Assembly (NCBI GenBank): GCA_902780195.1
Contig: CACZER010000001.1
Coordinates: forward strand, 24,626-88,625
Source of the DNA: an uncultured Bacteroidia bacterium
GTDB lineage: Bacteria; Bacteroidota; Bacteroidia; Bacteroidales; F082
Length of the DNA stretch: 64,000 bases
Reading direction: 5' to 3'
Each line of letters opens with the position of its first letter. The stretch's first letter is position 1. The notes beneath the pieces were generated by a model. That model was given only the letters and a program-made list of their open reading frames with translations. It was not told the origin of the DNA and did no database searches. Shown here piece after piece: positions 37,707 through 47,000 of this stretch. The position numbers were made by a program, and so were the translations under genes.

Positions 37707-38567
37707 TTATCTTGTCGTGTCGTGCAGCGATTTCTTGAAGCTGGGGCCGAAATACAGTTTTGTGTAATTAAGGTCATAGACTGTGACGACTCTTGGGGCT
37801 TCGTTGTTCACTTGACGTTTGAGTGTGCATCCGTTGGCTGGGTCAACCCAATAACGGATGACGGAGCCATCTTCTTGGTCGACGAAGAACATCCAACAAT
37901 CGACATCCAACACTTTTTCCATGCCGATATAGTACTGCGAAAGGTCCTCTTTGTTCACCTCGTTGGCAAAAGAATTGAGTGGGAAGAAGCTTTCTCCCAA
38001 AGGTTCAAACTCCCAGTCCACATCGTCGGTCCAACCTTGTGCGTCGGGGCGATAGAACCAGTTCTTGCCGGTTTTGAGGTTCCAGAAACGGTCTGTTCCA
38101 AGACCGTCGTTGTAGGCTTCGTTGTCTCCGACTTTCACATAGGTCTCGCTGCAATTGCTGCCAGGGTTGGTGACCGTGACAAAATAATGGTTGGTGGGAG
38201 GAGTGAAGTTGTAGGAGCCCAAGAAAGCTTGGGTTTCGGGCTTTTCAATCTTCTCGAAAACAGGCGCAACATATGGATCGTTGACGATGATGTTGATCAC
38301 CATGGTGGAGTCGTTGTCGTTGCAGGTGGCGATGATGCTGCTGCTACCAGCCTGCTTGGCGATGATCTGAATTTTTTCGCCATAATGGAGGTGCTTGAAA
38401 CTAATGACTTTAGGACCTGAGATGCTATAACCAATCATGTTGCAGTTGTCGAAAGGCTTCCAAATGGTGGTATCGCCTGTCGTCATGTGGATCTCTTCAG
38501 AGGTTTGGGCGAGCATTACTTGCATGGCGCCAGCCCATATGAGAAGTAACAAAGCTAGTTTTTTCAT
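37707..38567 (-). CDS. secreted hypothetical protein
   Basis: Has a signal peptide MKKLALLLLIWAGAMQVMLAQ and is 286 aa. I recognise no family. It is preferred over the antisense 232-aa ORF, which is low-complexity. Confidence 0.6.
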   Translation of the reverse strand: MKKLALLLLIWAGAMQVMLAQTSEEIHMTTGDTTIWKPFDNCNMIGYSISGPKVISFKHLHYGEKIQIIAKQAGSSSIIATCNDNDSTMVINIIVNDPYVAPVFEKIEKPETQAFLGSYNFTPPTNHYFVTVTNPGSNCSETYVKVGDNEAYNDGLGTDRFWNLKTGKNWFYRPDAQGWTDDVDWEFEPLGESFFPLNSFANEVNKEDLSQYYIGMEKVLDVDCWMFFVDQEDGSVIRYWVDPANGCTLKRQVNNEAPRVVTVYDLNYTKLYFGPSFKKSLHDTTR

Positions 38568-38611
38568 GTTAGTATGATTTATGGATTAAACTATCTGTGG
38601 TTTTGAGGCTT

Positions 38612-38619
38612 CAAAAATA
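38612..38619 (-). promoter_or_regulatory. -7 promoter box (TATTTTTG)
   Basis: The reverse complement of CAAAAATA, 44 nt upstream of the ATG at 38567. Confidence 0.45.
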
Positions 38620-38676
38620 GGAAAAAAAGAAATGTACAAGTAAAACTTGTTGCTGATATGTTGTCGGAATGATCTC

Positions 38677-39318
38677 CTAAAGTTCCATGTCTCGCAATTT
38701 ATCGTATTCTTTTTCAAATGTTTGCCGAAGTTTGTTTTCGTCTCGGATGATTTTTCTTAGTTCCTCCAATCTTGGAGCATTGTCTGACTCGGGCAGCCAA
38801 AGACGCAGATAACCCCTGTCAGAATATTTTTCCGTCATGTGTTCTTTGAAACGCTGATATTGGCCTTCCTTGTCATAATCGGGATAATGGTCCAAACCAT
38901 ATTGAATAGTTCGTTTTATTACAGTTTCAGGAACAATAAGGCGGTCAGCTTCTGCCACGATTTTGCCATAGATACTGCGAGGCTCATGCGTTGATGAGGC
39001 ACGATGGTCCTCGGCGGCTTGGGCCATTGTTTCAATTTGTTGCTCGTCGAACCAATCATGCAATCTTTTATCTTCGCGAATGATACGTCCCGAAACGAGG
39101 TGATGCGTTTCGCGTCCCTCACAGATGCCGGTGTCATGGTAGGCAGCAATGGCATAAACCATGTCTACATTAACATCATAGTGTTTTGCCAGCTCAAGGC
39201 TGCGAAGGATGACAGCGTCGATATGGTCGCGCTGATGGGCAGCATCATAATGCTCATATCTCGGAAGTATCTCCTGTTCAATGTATTGGACTAAACTGTT
39301 GTTGATGGTTCTTTGCAT
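38677..39318 (-). CDS. HD-domain metal-dependent phosphohydrolase
   Basis: Has H...HD motifs (AAHQRDHIDAV, AAYHDTGI), is 213 aa and stands alone. Confidence 0.7.
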   Translation of the reverse strand: MQRTINNSLVQYIEQEILPRYEHYDAAHQRDHIDAVILRSLELAKHYDVNVDMVYAIAAYHDTGICEGRETHHLVSGRIIREDKRLHDWFDEQQIETMAQAAEDHRASSTHEPRSIYGKIVAEADRLIVPETVIKRTIQYGLDHYPDYDKEGQYQRFKEHMTEKYSDRGYLRLWLPESDNAPRLEELRKIIRDENKLRQTFEKEYDKLRDMEL

Positions 39319-39337
39319 AGGCGTCGGATTGTTGTGG

Positions 39338-39345
39338 CAAAAGTA
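39338..39345 (-). promoter_or_regulatory. -7 promoter box (TACTTTTG) for HD gene
   Basis: The reverse complement of CAAAAGTA, 19 nt upstream of the ATG at 39318. Confidence 0.45.
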
Positions 39346-39385
39346 AGAAAATTGTATTTTTTTTGGTAACTTTAAATAAAAACAA

Positions 39386-39393
39386 TAATTTTG
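39386..39393 (+). promoter_or_regulatory. -7 promoter box (TAATTTTG) for the glycogen cluster
   Basis: Matches TAnnTTTG, 26 nt upstream of the ATG at 39420. Confidence 0.5.
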
Positions 39394-39419
39394 TAGGTTG
39401 AAATAAACTATGACTTGAT

Positions 39420-41387
39420 ATGAGTTACATTTCCTGGGACAAGAAGAAACTAGTTAATCTGGAGTTTACACTCAATCGTGAGGTATTGCGCTCCAATGCT
39501 TTGGGAGCGTTCCTCGCCACCACGGTGATTGGTTGTAATACGCGAAAATACCATGGATTGCTGGTGGTGCCGCAACCGCAATTGGACAATAACAACCACG
39601 TGCTGCTGTCGAGCCTCGACGAGACCATCATCGAGAACAAGGAAGAGTTTCACCTTGGTGTACACATGTATCCCGATGGTGTCTTCGCCCCACGTGGACA
39701 CAAATACCTTCGTGACTTCACTGCCGATCCCATGCCGAAGCTGACCTATCGCATCGGCAATGTGGTGCTTGACAAGGAGCTGATTTTCTCTGCGACGGAG
39801 GCCCGGCTCTTTGTACGCTACACCTTGCGCGAAGCTGTTGTGCCCATCACGCTGCGCGTACTGCCTTTCCTGGCCTTCCGCAATGTCCACATGCTGACGC
39901 ATGAGAACCATGAGGCCAGCCGCAAGGTGGACCTCGTGAAGAACGGCGCGTCGTGGCAGCTCTATAAGGACTACTCGAGACTGTATCTGCAGTTCTCGCG
40001 TGCAGCGCAATACACCCACGTGCCACATTGGTATTACAACATGTTCTACATCCGCGAACAGGAACGTGGCTACGATGCCGTGGAAGACCAATTTGTCCCT
40101 GGATTCTTCGAGTTGCAGATGAAACAAGGCGACACCGTAATCCTTTCGGTAAGCCTTAAGGAAGAAAGCCCGACTGCCATCAAGCGGCAATGTGAGGCCG
40201 AAGTGAAGCGATTGCTACCACAGCATAGCTATGAAGAGTGTCTCGTGAAGGCCGCCGACCAATTCATCATCCGTGATGCGAACGGCACAAAACTTTGGGC
40301 CGGATTCCCCTGGTTTGGCTCGTGTAGCCGCGACACCTTCCTCTCTTTGCCGGGCATTACCCTAGCGCAAGGCGACGAGAAGACTTTTACGGCGGCACTT
40401 GATTACCTCATCTCGAGGATGCAAGGCCCGTTCTTCCCGCACCGTTACTATCAGAAGAGCCTCTATTTCACTGCGGTCGACTCGCCGTTGTGGTTCTTCT
40501 ATGTGCTGCAGCTCTATGAGAAGATGCTCGGCAAGGACAAGAAAGACATCTGGAAAAAATACAAGAAACCGATGACGACCATCCTCGAGAGCTTCATCGC
40601 AGGCACGGACTTCAACGTGCATACCTTGGACAACGGCCTGCTCTATGCTGGTAACCGCGACTTGGCTCTCACTTGGATGAACGTCTTTGCTCAAGGCAAA
40701 CCGTGGACGCCTCGTACGGGATTGGCCATCGAGGTCAATGCATTATGGTATAACGCCCTGCGTTATGGTGTTGAACTGCTGAAAGCCGCCGAGCCGAACA
40801 GCACGCTGCTCAAGAAATGGCAGGAGTTGGCCGACAAGGTGAAGGCTTCGTTTGTCGGGACCTTCTATAATAAAGCGACCAAGGGCTTCTATGACTTTGT
40901 CAATAGCAACGAGAAGAACGAGCAAGTGCGTCCCAACATGATGCTGGCTGCAGCCTTGCCCTATAGCCCGATGAGCGACGAGATGCAGAAACGCGCCTTC
41001 GACATCGCCCATTCCGAGTTGTTGACGACACGAGGCATTCGCTCGTTGTCGCCCAACGACGAAAACTATAAAGGTATCAGCATTGGCAGCCACAGCGAAC
41101 GCGAACGTGCCTACCACAATGGTTCTGCTTTCCCGTGGCTAATCATGTTCTACGCCGACCTCTCTGTGAAATTGTTTGGGAAGACCTCGTTGCCTTATCT
41201 AGAAGATCTGTACAATGGCTTCGAGGAGGCCATCAAGGACAATGGCATTGGCACGGTGTCGGAGATTTACGACGGCAACCCGCCCTTCGAAGCAAGAGGT
41301 TGCATCTCGCAGTCGACGAGCGTGGGTGCCTTGCTCTACCTGCATTATCTGATTGAAGAACTAAATAAGAAAGGAGGCTCAAAATGA
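39420..41387 (+). CDS. glycogen debranching enzyme-type amylo-alpha-1,6-glucosidase (GDE N-terminal domain + GDE_C)
   Basis: 655 aa. The N-terminal motif is NTRKYHGLLV, and the (alpha/alpha)6 C-terminal domain has YHNGSAFPWL. It overlaps the next gene by 4 nt. Confidence 0.8.
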   Translation: MSYISWDKKKLVNLEFTLNREVLRSNALGAFLATTVIGCNTRKYHGLLVVPQPQLDNNNHVLLSSLDETIIENKEEFHLGVHMYPDGVFAPRGHKYLRDFTADPMPKLTYRIGNVVLDKELIFSATEARLFVRYTLREAVVPITLRVLPFLAFRNVHMLTHENHEASRKVDLVKNGASWQLYKDYSRLYLQFSRAAQYTHVPHWYYNMFYIREQERGYDAVEDQFVPGFFELQMKQGDTVILSVSLKEESPTAIKRQCEAEVKRLLPQHSYEECLVKAADQFIIRDANGTKLWAGFPWFGSCSRDTFLSLPGITLAQGDEKTFTAALDYLISRMQGPFFPHRYYQKSLYFTAVDSPLWFFYVLQLYEKMLGKDKKDIWKKYKKPMTTILESFIAGTDFNVHTLDNGLLYAGNRDLALTWMNVFAQGKPWTPRTGLAIEVNALWYNALRYGVELLKAAEPNSTLLKKWQELADKVKASFVGTFYNKATKGFYDFVNSNEKNEQVRPNMMLAAALPYSPMSDEMQKRAFDIAHSELLTTRGIRSLSPNDENYKGISIGSHSERERAYHNGSAFPWLIMFYADLSVKLFGKTSLPYLEDLYNGFEEAIKDNGIGTVSEIYDGNPPFEARGCISQSTSVGALLYLHYLIEELNKKGGSK

Positions 41388-42670
41388 GAGTCCTGATGTT
41401 TGGGTGGGAGTTCCCGCCCCATATTACCGGTGGCCTTGGAACGGCTTGCTTCGGCATGACCAAAGGTCTGGCCAAGAACGATGTGGACGTGCTCTTCGTG
41501 GTGCCGCGTGCCTACGGCGACGAGGATGAGACCAACGTGCGTCTGCTCAATGCCAGCGACGTGACCATCGACATAGACCACGAGAAAGACCGCAGCTATT
41601 GGGAGCGCGTGCAGTACATGGAGATTGGCTCCAACATCATCCCGTATGTTGGGCCGGAAAACTTCGCCAATGTGCTGGAAAGCGACCGCCATGTGGTGGA
41701 GCATTTCAACCGCACGGGCTCGGTGTTCGCACGCAACTACCAGTTTTCGGGCAAATATGGCATGAACCTCATGGAGGAGGTGGCGCGCTACGCCTTGATT
41801 GGCTCGTCGTTGGCCACGAAATATGACTTCGATGTCATCCACGCCCACGACTGGCTGACCTATTCGGCAGGCATCGCCGCCAAGGAGACCACGGGCAAGC
41901 CGCTGGTGGTGCACATGCATGCCACAGAGTTCGACCGTTCGGGCGAGAACATCAACACGGATGTGTACGCCATCGAGCGCAGGGGCATGGAGGCCGCTGA
42001 CCGTGTGATTACGGTGAGTAACCTGACGCGTAACATTGTCATTAACAAATATGGCATCGACCCCGCCAAGGTGGTGACGGTGCACAACGCCGTGGAACCT
42101 AACGACAAGCCCAAGTCTGAATACGAGCGCAGTGGCTTGGATGCCAAGGTGGTGACCTTCCTCGGAAGAATCACTTACCAGAAAGGTCCTGAGTACTTCA
42201 TCGAAGCGGCATACAAGATTCACCAGGTCGACCCGAGCATCCATTTCGTGATGGCGGGCACGGGCGACATGCTGGAGAAGATGATCCGCCGTGTGGCGCA
42301 ACTCGGCATGGGCAGCCACTTCCATTTTACGGGCTTCCTGAAGGGCGAGGCCGTCGACCAGATGTTCGCCATGACCGACGTGTTCGTCATGCCGTCCATC
42401 TCCGAACCGTTCGGCATCGTGCCGTTGGAGGCCATGCGCTTGAACGTGCCGGTGGTCATCAGCAAGCAGTCGGGCGTTTCGGAGGTGGTGAAGCACGCTT
42501 TGAAGGTCGACTTCTGGGACATTAACGGCTTAGCCGACGCTATCTACGGCCTATGCCACTACAAGCCTCTGGCCGACTGCTTCAAGGACGAAGGCAAGGA
42601 CGAAGTGGACAGCCTCAAGTGGGAAGCCGCCGCAAAGAAGATCAAGGCGGTATATGAATCTGTGGTTTAA
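41384..42670 (+). CDS. glycosyltransferase family 4 (glycogen-cluster GT-B enzyme)
   Basis: Starts MRVLMFGWEFPPHITGGLG. It contains HAHDWL and SISEPFGIVPLEAM (the E-x7-E motif). It is 428 aa. Confidence 0.8.
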   Translation: MRVLMFGWEFPPHITGGLGTACFGMTKGLAKNDVDVLFVVPRAYGDEDETNVRLLNASDVTIDIDHEKDRSYWERVQYMEIGSNIIPYVGPENFANVLESDRHVVEHFNRTGSVFARNYQFSGKYGMNLMEEVARYALIGSSLATKYDFDVIHAHDWLTYSAGIAAKETTGKPLVVHMHATEFDRSGENINTDVYAIERRGMEAADRVITVSNLTRNIVINKYGIDPAKVVTVHNAVEPNDKPKSEYERSGLDAKVVTFLGRITYQKGPEYFIEAAYKIHQVDPSIHFVMAGTGDMLEKMIRRVAQLGMGSHFHFTGFLKGEAVDQMFAMTDVFVMPSISEPFGIVPLEAMRLNVPVVISKQSGVSEVVKHALKVDFWDINGLADAIYGLCHYKPLADCFKDEGKDEVDSLKWEAAAKKIKAVYESVV

Positions 42671-42696
42671 TTAGCGAATAATAAAAAATACAAGAT

Positions 42697-43896
42697 ATGA
42701 GCAAATCAATCTGTTTCTATTTCCAAGTGCATCAGCCTTACAGGCTCCGCACGTATCGTTTCTTCGAAATCGGTAAGAAACACTATTACTATGACGACTA
42801 CAGCAACCGCATGATCATGCGGCGCGTGGCCGAGAAGTGCTACCTGCCCATGAATGAACTCTTGATGCGCCAGATCGAGAAGTTTGGCGACAAGGTCAAG
42901 TTCGCGTTCTCGTTCTCGGGCGTGGTCATCGAGCAGATGGAGCAATTTGCGCCCGAGGTGCTGGAGAGCTTCCAGAAGCTGGTTGCCACGGGTAGGGTGG
43001 AGGTGCTTTCTGAGACCTACGCCCATTCCTTGGCCTCGCTGTCGAATCCCGACGAGTTCAAGCGTCAGGTGACGGCCCACAAGCACAAGATGAAAGAAGT
43101 GTTTGGCGTCACGCCCAAGACCTTCCGCAACACCGAGTTGATCTACAGTGACGAAATCGGTGCAGCGGTGGCCGACATGGGCTACAATCTCATGCTCACC
43201 GAGGGTGCCAAGCACATCTTGGGTTGGAAGAGCCCCAACTACATGTACGCCAACGCCATCAACCCGAAGCTGAAGGTGCTGCTGCGCAACTTCAAGTTCA
43301 GCGACGAGATCGCCTTCCGCTTCGTGCAGGACGGCTTCCGCACCGAGGACTTCGTCAACTGGTTGAATGCCTTGCCCGAAGAGGAAGAAGTGGTCAACGT
43401 CTTCATGGACTACGAGACCTTTGGCGAGCATCAGAGCGCAGAGACGGGCATCTTCAATTTCATGGAGGCTCTGCCTGAGGCCATCCTGAAAGGCAGCAAG
43501 TTTAAGTTTGCCACGCCACAGGAACTGGCCAAGAAGCTGCAGCCTGTCAGCGCCGTCAATGTGCCCAATGTGCTGTCGTGGAGCGACGAGGAGCGTGACC
43601 TCACGGCCTGGCTCGGCAACCCCTTGCAGGATGACGCCTTCCGTACCTTGTACGAACTCAACGCCAAGGTGCATCGCATCAAGGACGAGGAGCTGCAGCA
43701 GGATTGGACCATGCTCCAGACTTCCGACCATTTCTACTACATGTGCACGAAGTGGCTCTCCGACGGTGTGGTGCATAAGTACTTCAACCACTATGCTTCA
43801 CCCTATGACGCCTATGTCAATTACATGAATGTGCTGACCGACTTCACCGATAGGGTGACGAAGCTGGCGAAACGGAAAGTGAAAGCTGAATCATAA
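42697..43896 (+). CDS. glycoside hydrolase family 57 protein (alpha-amylase/branching-enzyme type)
   Basis: Has the N-terminal CFYFQVHQPYRLR motif, DYETFGEH and typical GH57 conserved regions. It is 399 aa. Confidence 0.8.
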   Translation: MSKSICFYFQVHQPYRLRTYRFFEIGKKHYYYDDYSNRMIMRRVAEKCYLPMNELLMRQIEKFGDKVKFAFSFSGVVIEQMEQFAPEVLESFQKLVATGRVEVLSETYAHSLASLSNPDEFKRQVTAHKHKMKEVFGVTPKTFRNTELIYSDEIGAAVADMGYNLMLTEGAKHILGWKSPNYMYANAINPKLKVLLRNFKFSDEIAFRFVQDGFRTEDFVNWLNALPEEEEVVNVFMDYETFGEHQSAETGIFNFMEALPEAILKGSKFKFATPQELAKKLQPVSAVNVPNVLSWSDEERDLTAWLGNPLQDDAFRTLYELNAKVHRIKDEELQQDWTMLQTSDHFYYMCTKWLSDGVVHKYFNHYASPYDAYVNYMNVLTDFTDRVTKLAKRKVKAES

Positions 43897-44080
43897 AAAC
43901 GGATTCCCTGCGGGAATGGAGAAAAAAAGGTTATCCTGCGGCGGTAGCAACCGCTACAAGTCAGAAACTGGTTTTGCCGCCGCTGGACAACAAAACAATA
44001 ACACCATTGACTTCGTCGAATCTTCGATTTCCCGAAGGGAATCTCAACAGTGAATTATAATCTTTATATATAAATCAACA

Positions 44081-47000
44081 ATGAAAAACCCCGAATACCT
44101 TTTTGAAACCTCTTGGGAAGTGTGTAACATGGTGGGTGGCATCTATACGGTGCTGTCCACGAAGTCGAATGTCATGCGTCAGCTGCTTGGCGACCATTAT
44201 ATCACGGTCGGTCCGGATGTAGTCAAGGAAGCACATGAGACGTTGTATTTTGTGGAAGACAACGAACTCTTTCCCGAGTGGCGTGAAAGGGCATTAGCCC
44301 AAGGCCTGAAGTTCCGTATCGGTCATTGGAAAATCGAAAGCAGCCCCATCGCCATTTTGGTGGACTATACACCGCTTTATCAGTCGAAGAACGAGATACT
44401 TGGACACCTTTGGGAACAATATGAGCTGGACAGCATCCGCGGCCAATGGGATTATATCGAACCCGTTTTGTTTGGTTATGCCGCCGGTCAGGTGATTGAG
44501 AGCTTCTGTAATTTCTACTTACAGCAGACCAGCCATATTGTGGCTCAATTCCACGAGTGGATGACGGGCTCCGGCGTGTTGTATATAAAGGAGCATTGTC
44601 CTCAGATTGCCACCGTCTTTACAACTCACGCCACTTATCTTGGCCGTGCCATTTCGGGCAATGGATTGCCACTGTATGACAACCTAAAGACCTACCTGCC
44701 TTCGGTGATGGCTATGCAGTTCAACGTGGTCTCGCAGCAGTCGATGGAGCAGAAGGCGGCCAAGAACGCCGATGCTTTCACGACGGTGAGTGACATCACA
44801 GCGCAAGAGTGCGAGCAGTTCCTCTACCGCAAACCCGATGTGGTGACCAAAAACGGCATCGACCATACCTTTAGGAAAGACAATGCTGAGTTTGCCGAGA
44901 AACGCAAGGCAACGCGTGAGCAGATCTTGAAAATCGCTGGGACCTTGTGCGGCGAGACCCTCGACCCCAATTGCTTGATGGTGCTCAACAGCGGCCGTTA
45001 TGAATTCAAGAACAAAGGTATTGATCTTTTTATTGAGGCTTTGCGACGCTTGAATGAAGACAAGAACTTGCCTCGTACCGTGGTGGGTGTAATTGCTGTT
45101 CCGAGTAATATTGCTGGCCCTTCAAAAGACTTGCAACATCGCCTCGACGGCACCAATGCCATCATGGGACACACAGACTTCCCTGCCACTCACCATATCT
45201 TTGAATATGAGAACGATGCAATTCTGAATACATTGCGTAACTCGGGTTTGCAGAACGATGCCAACGACAAAGTGAAGGTGATGTTTGTGCCAGCTTACCT
45301 AAACGGTAGCGACGGCATTTTCAACCTGACCTATTCCGAGTTCCTCTCTGCCTTCGATTTCTCGGTGTTCCCGTCATATTATGAACCTTGGGGCTACACG
45401 CCGCTTGAGAGTGTCTCTATGGGCATTCCAACTTTGACATCCGATGTGTCAGGGTTCGGAAAGTTCGTGCAACAGGAGTGCAAGGGCAATGGAGCTGTGA
45501 CGGTGGTGCCACGTAAACAAGGTGATTCGAATAAGGTGATTGACGAGATCGTATCGGCATTACGTAGTTTATTGGCTTTGACCGATAAAGGTGTGGCCGA
45601 GACTTCGGAAGCTGCATTGCAGGTGGCTAACAAGTTGCTGTGGAAAGACTTGATTGTTAGCTATCAGAAAGCTTGGGATGTGGCCTTGGAGAAGTCAGGT
45701 GGCCGTCATTATATGATGGAACCAGTCCCTTATGCTGATATGCTACATGAGGTGGTTTATCAGAAAAACGACTCTCCCAGTTGGAAGAAGGTCTTGGTGA
45801 AGCCGATTTACTCCCCTGAGATGAAGAAACTTGAAGAGCTGTCGCGTAACATCTGGTGGTGCTGGAATGTGGATGCCATCGAGTTGTTTGAGAGCATCGA
45901 CCCGGAAGCTTGGAAAGCCACGGAACAGAATCCTGTTGCCCTGATGGAAAGCCTCTCTGTGGAACAAATAAAGGACTTGGAAAACAATGAGGACTTCGTG
46001 GAGCGTCTCAACAAAGTCTACGACCAGTTCAAGAACTACATGGCACAGCCTACACAACAGAAAGATCTCATCGCCTATTTCAGTATGGAATACGGCCTGA
46101 TGAAGAGCCTTAAGATCTATTCAGGCGGCCTAGGTATTCTTGCTGGCGACTACATGAAACAGGCCTCAGATTCCAATGCCAATATGGTGGGTATAGGCTT
46201 GTTGTACCGATACGGTTATTTCGCTCAAGAGATTTCTGTTTCTGGCGAGCAACGCGCCGAGTACATCCCGCAGAAGTTCTCACAGCTGCCTTTGCAGCCC
46301 GTGTTCAACGATAAGGGTGAATGGATCAAGGTGAGCATCGCTTTCCCGGGTCGTTCGGTCTATGCCAAGGCATGGCGTGTTAACGTGGGTAGGATAGGAT
46401 TGTATCTCTTGGATACCGATATCGAGGAGAACTCGTCCGAAGACCGTGGCATCACAAGTCGACTCTACGGCGGCGACAGCGAGATGCGTATCAAGCAAGA
46501 GATGTTCCTCGGTGTGGGCGGCATACGTCTGCTCGAAGCCTTGGGTGTGAAGCCTACCATCTATCACTGCAACGAAGGCCATGCAGCCTTCAGCGGACTG
46601 GAGCGCCTACGTGTCTATATCAACAAGCACAACCTCGATTTCGATGTCGCGCTTGAGTTGGTCAGAGCTTCCACCTTGTTCACAACGCACACACCCGTGC
46701 CCGCTGGTCACGATGCCTTTGAGGAGCATCTCATTCGTACTTATATGCCACACTATGCCAACCGCATGAACATCAGCTGGGAACGCTTCATGGGCTTGGG
46801 CCGTTTCAACCCCAACAACCCGAACGAAAAGTTCTCGATGAGTGTGCTGGCCACCAACCTGAGTCAGGAGGTGAATGGTGTGAGCAAGATCCACGGCCGC
46901 GTGTCGAGAGAGATGTTCCAGTCGTTGTGGCCGGGCTATTTCGCAGAGGAGAACCACATTGGTTATGTCACCAACGGTGTTCACTTGCCCACTTGGAGCA

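Noticed and set aside
37722-38420. A 232-aa plus-strand ORF opposite the 286-aa secreted hypothetical gene.
   Set aside because: The translation is low-complexity (runs of V, D, G and H) and lacks a start context. The minus-strand ORF has a clean signal peptide, a -7 box and normal composition.
41345-43791. Long minus-strand ORFs (41345-42496, 383 aa; 42706-43791, 361 aa) antisense to the GT4 and GH57 genes.
   Set aside because: The translations are low-complexity and rich in His/Arg/Val/Leu/Gly, with no motifs, signal peptides or plausible starts. The plus-strand frames carry clear GT4 and GH57 signatures. These are shadow ORFs caused by GC-rich third codon positions in this cluster.
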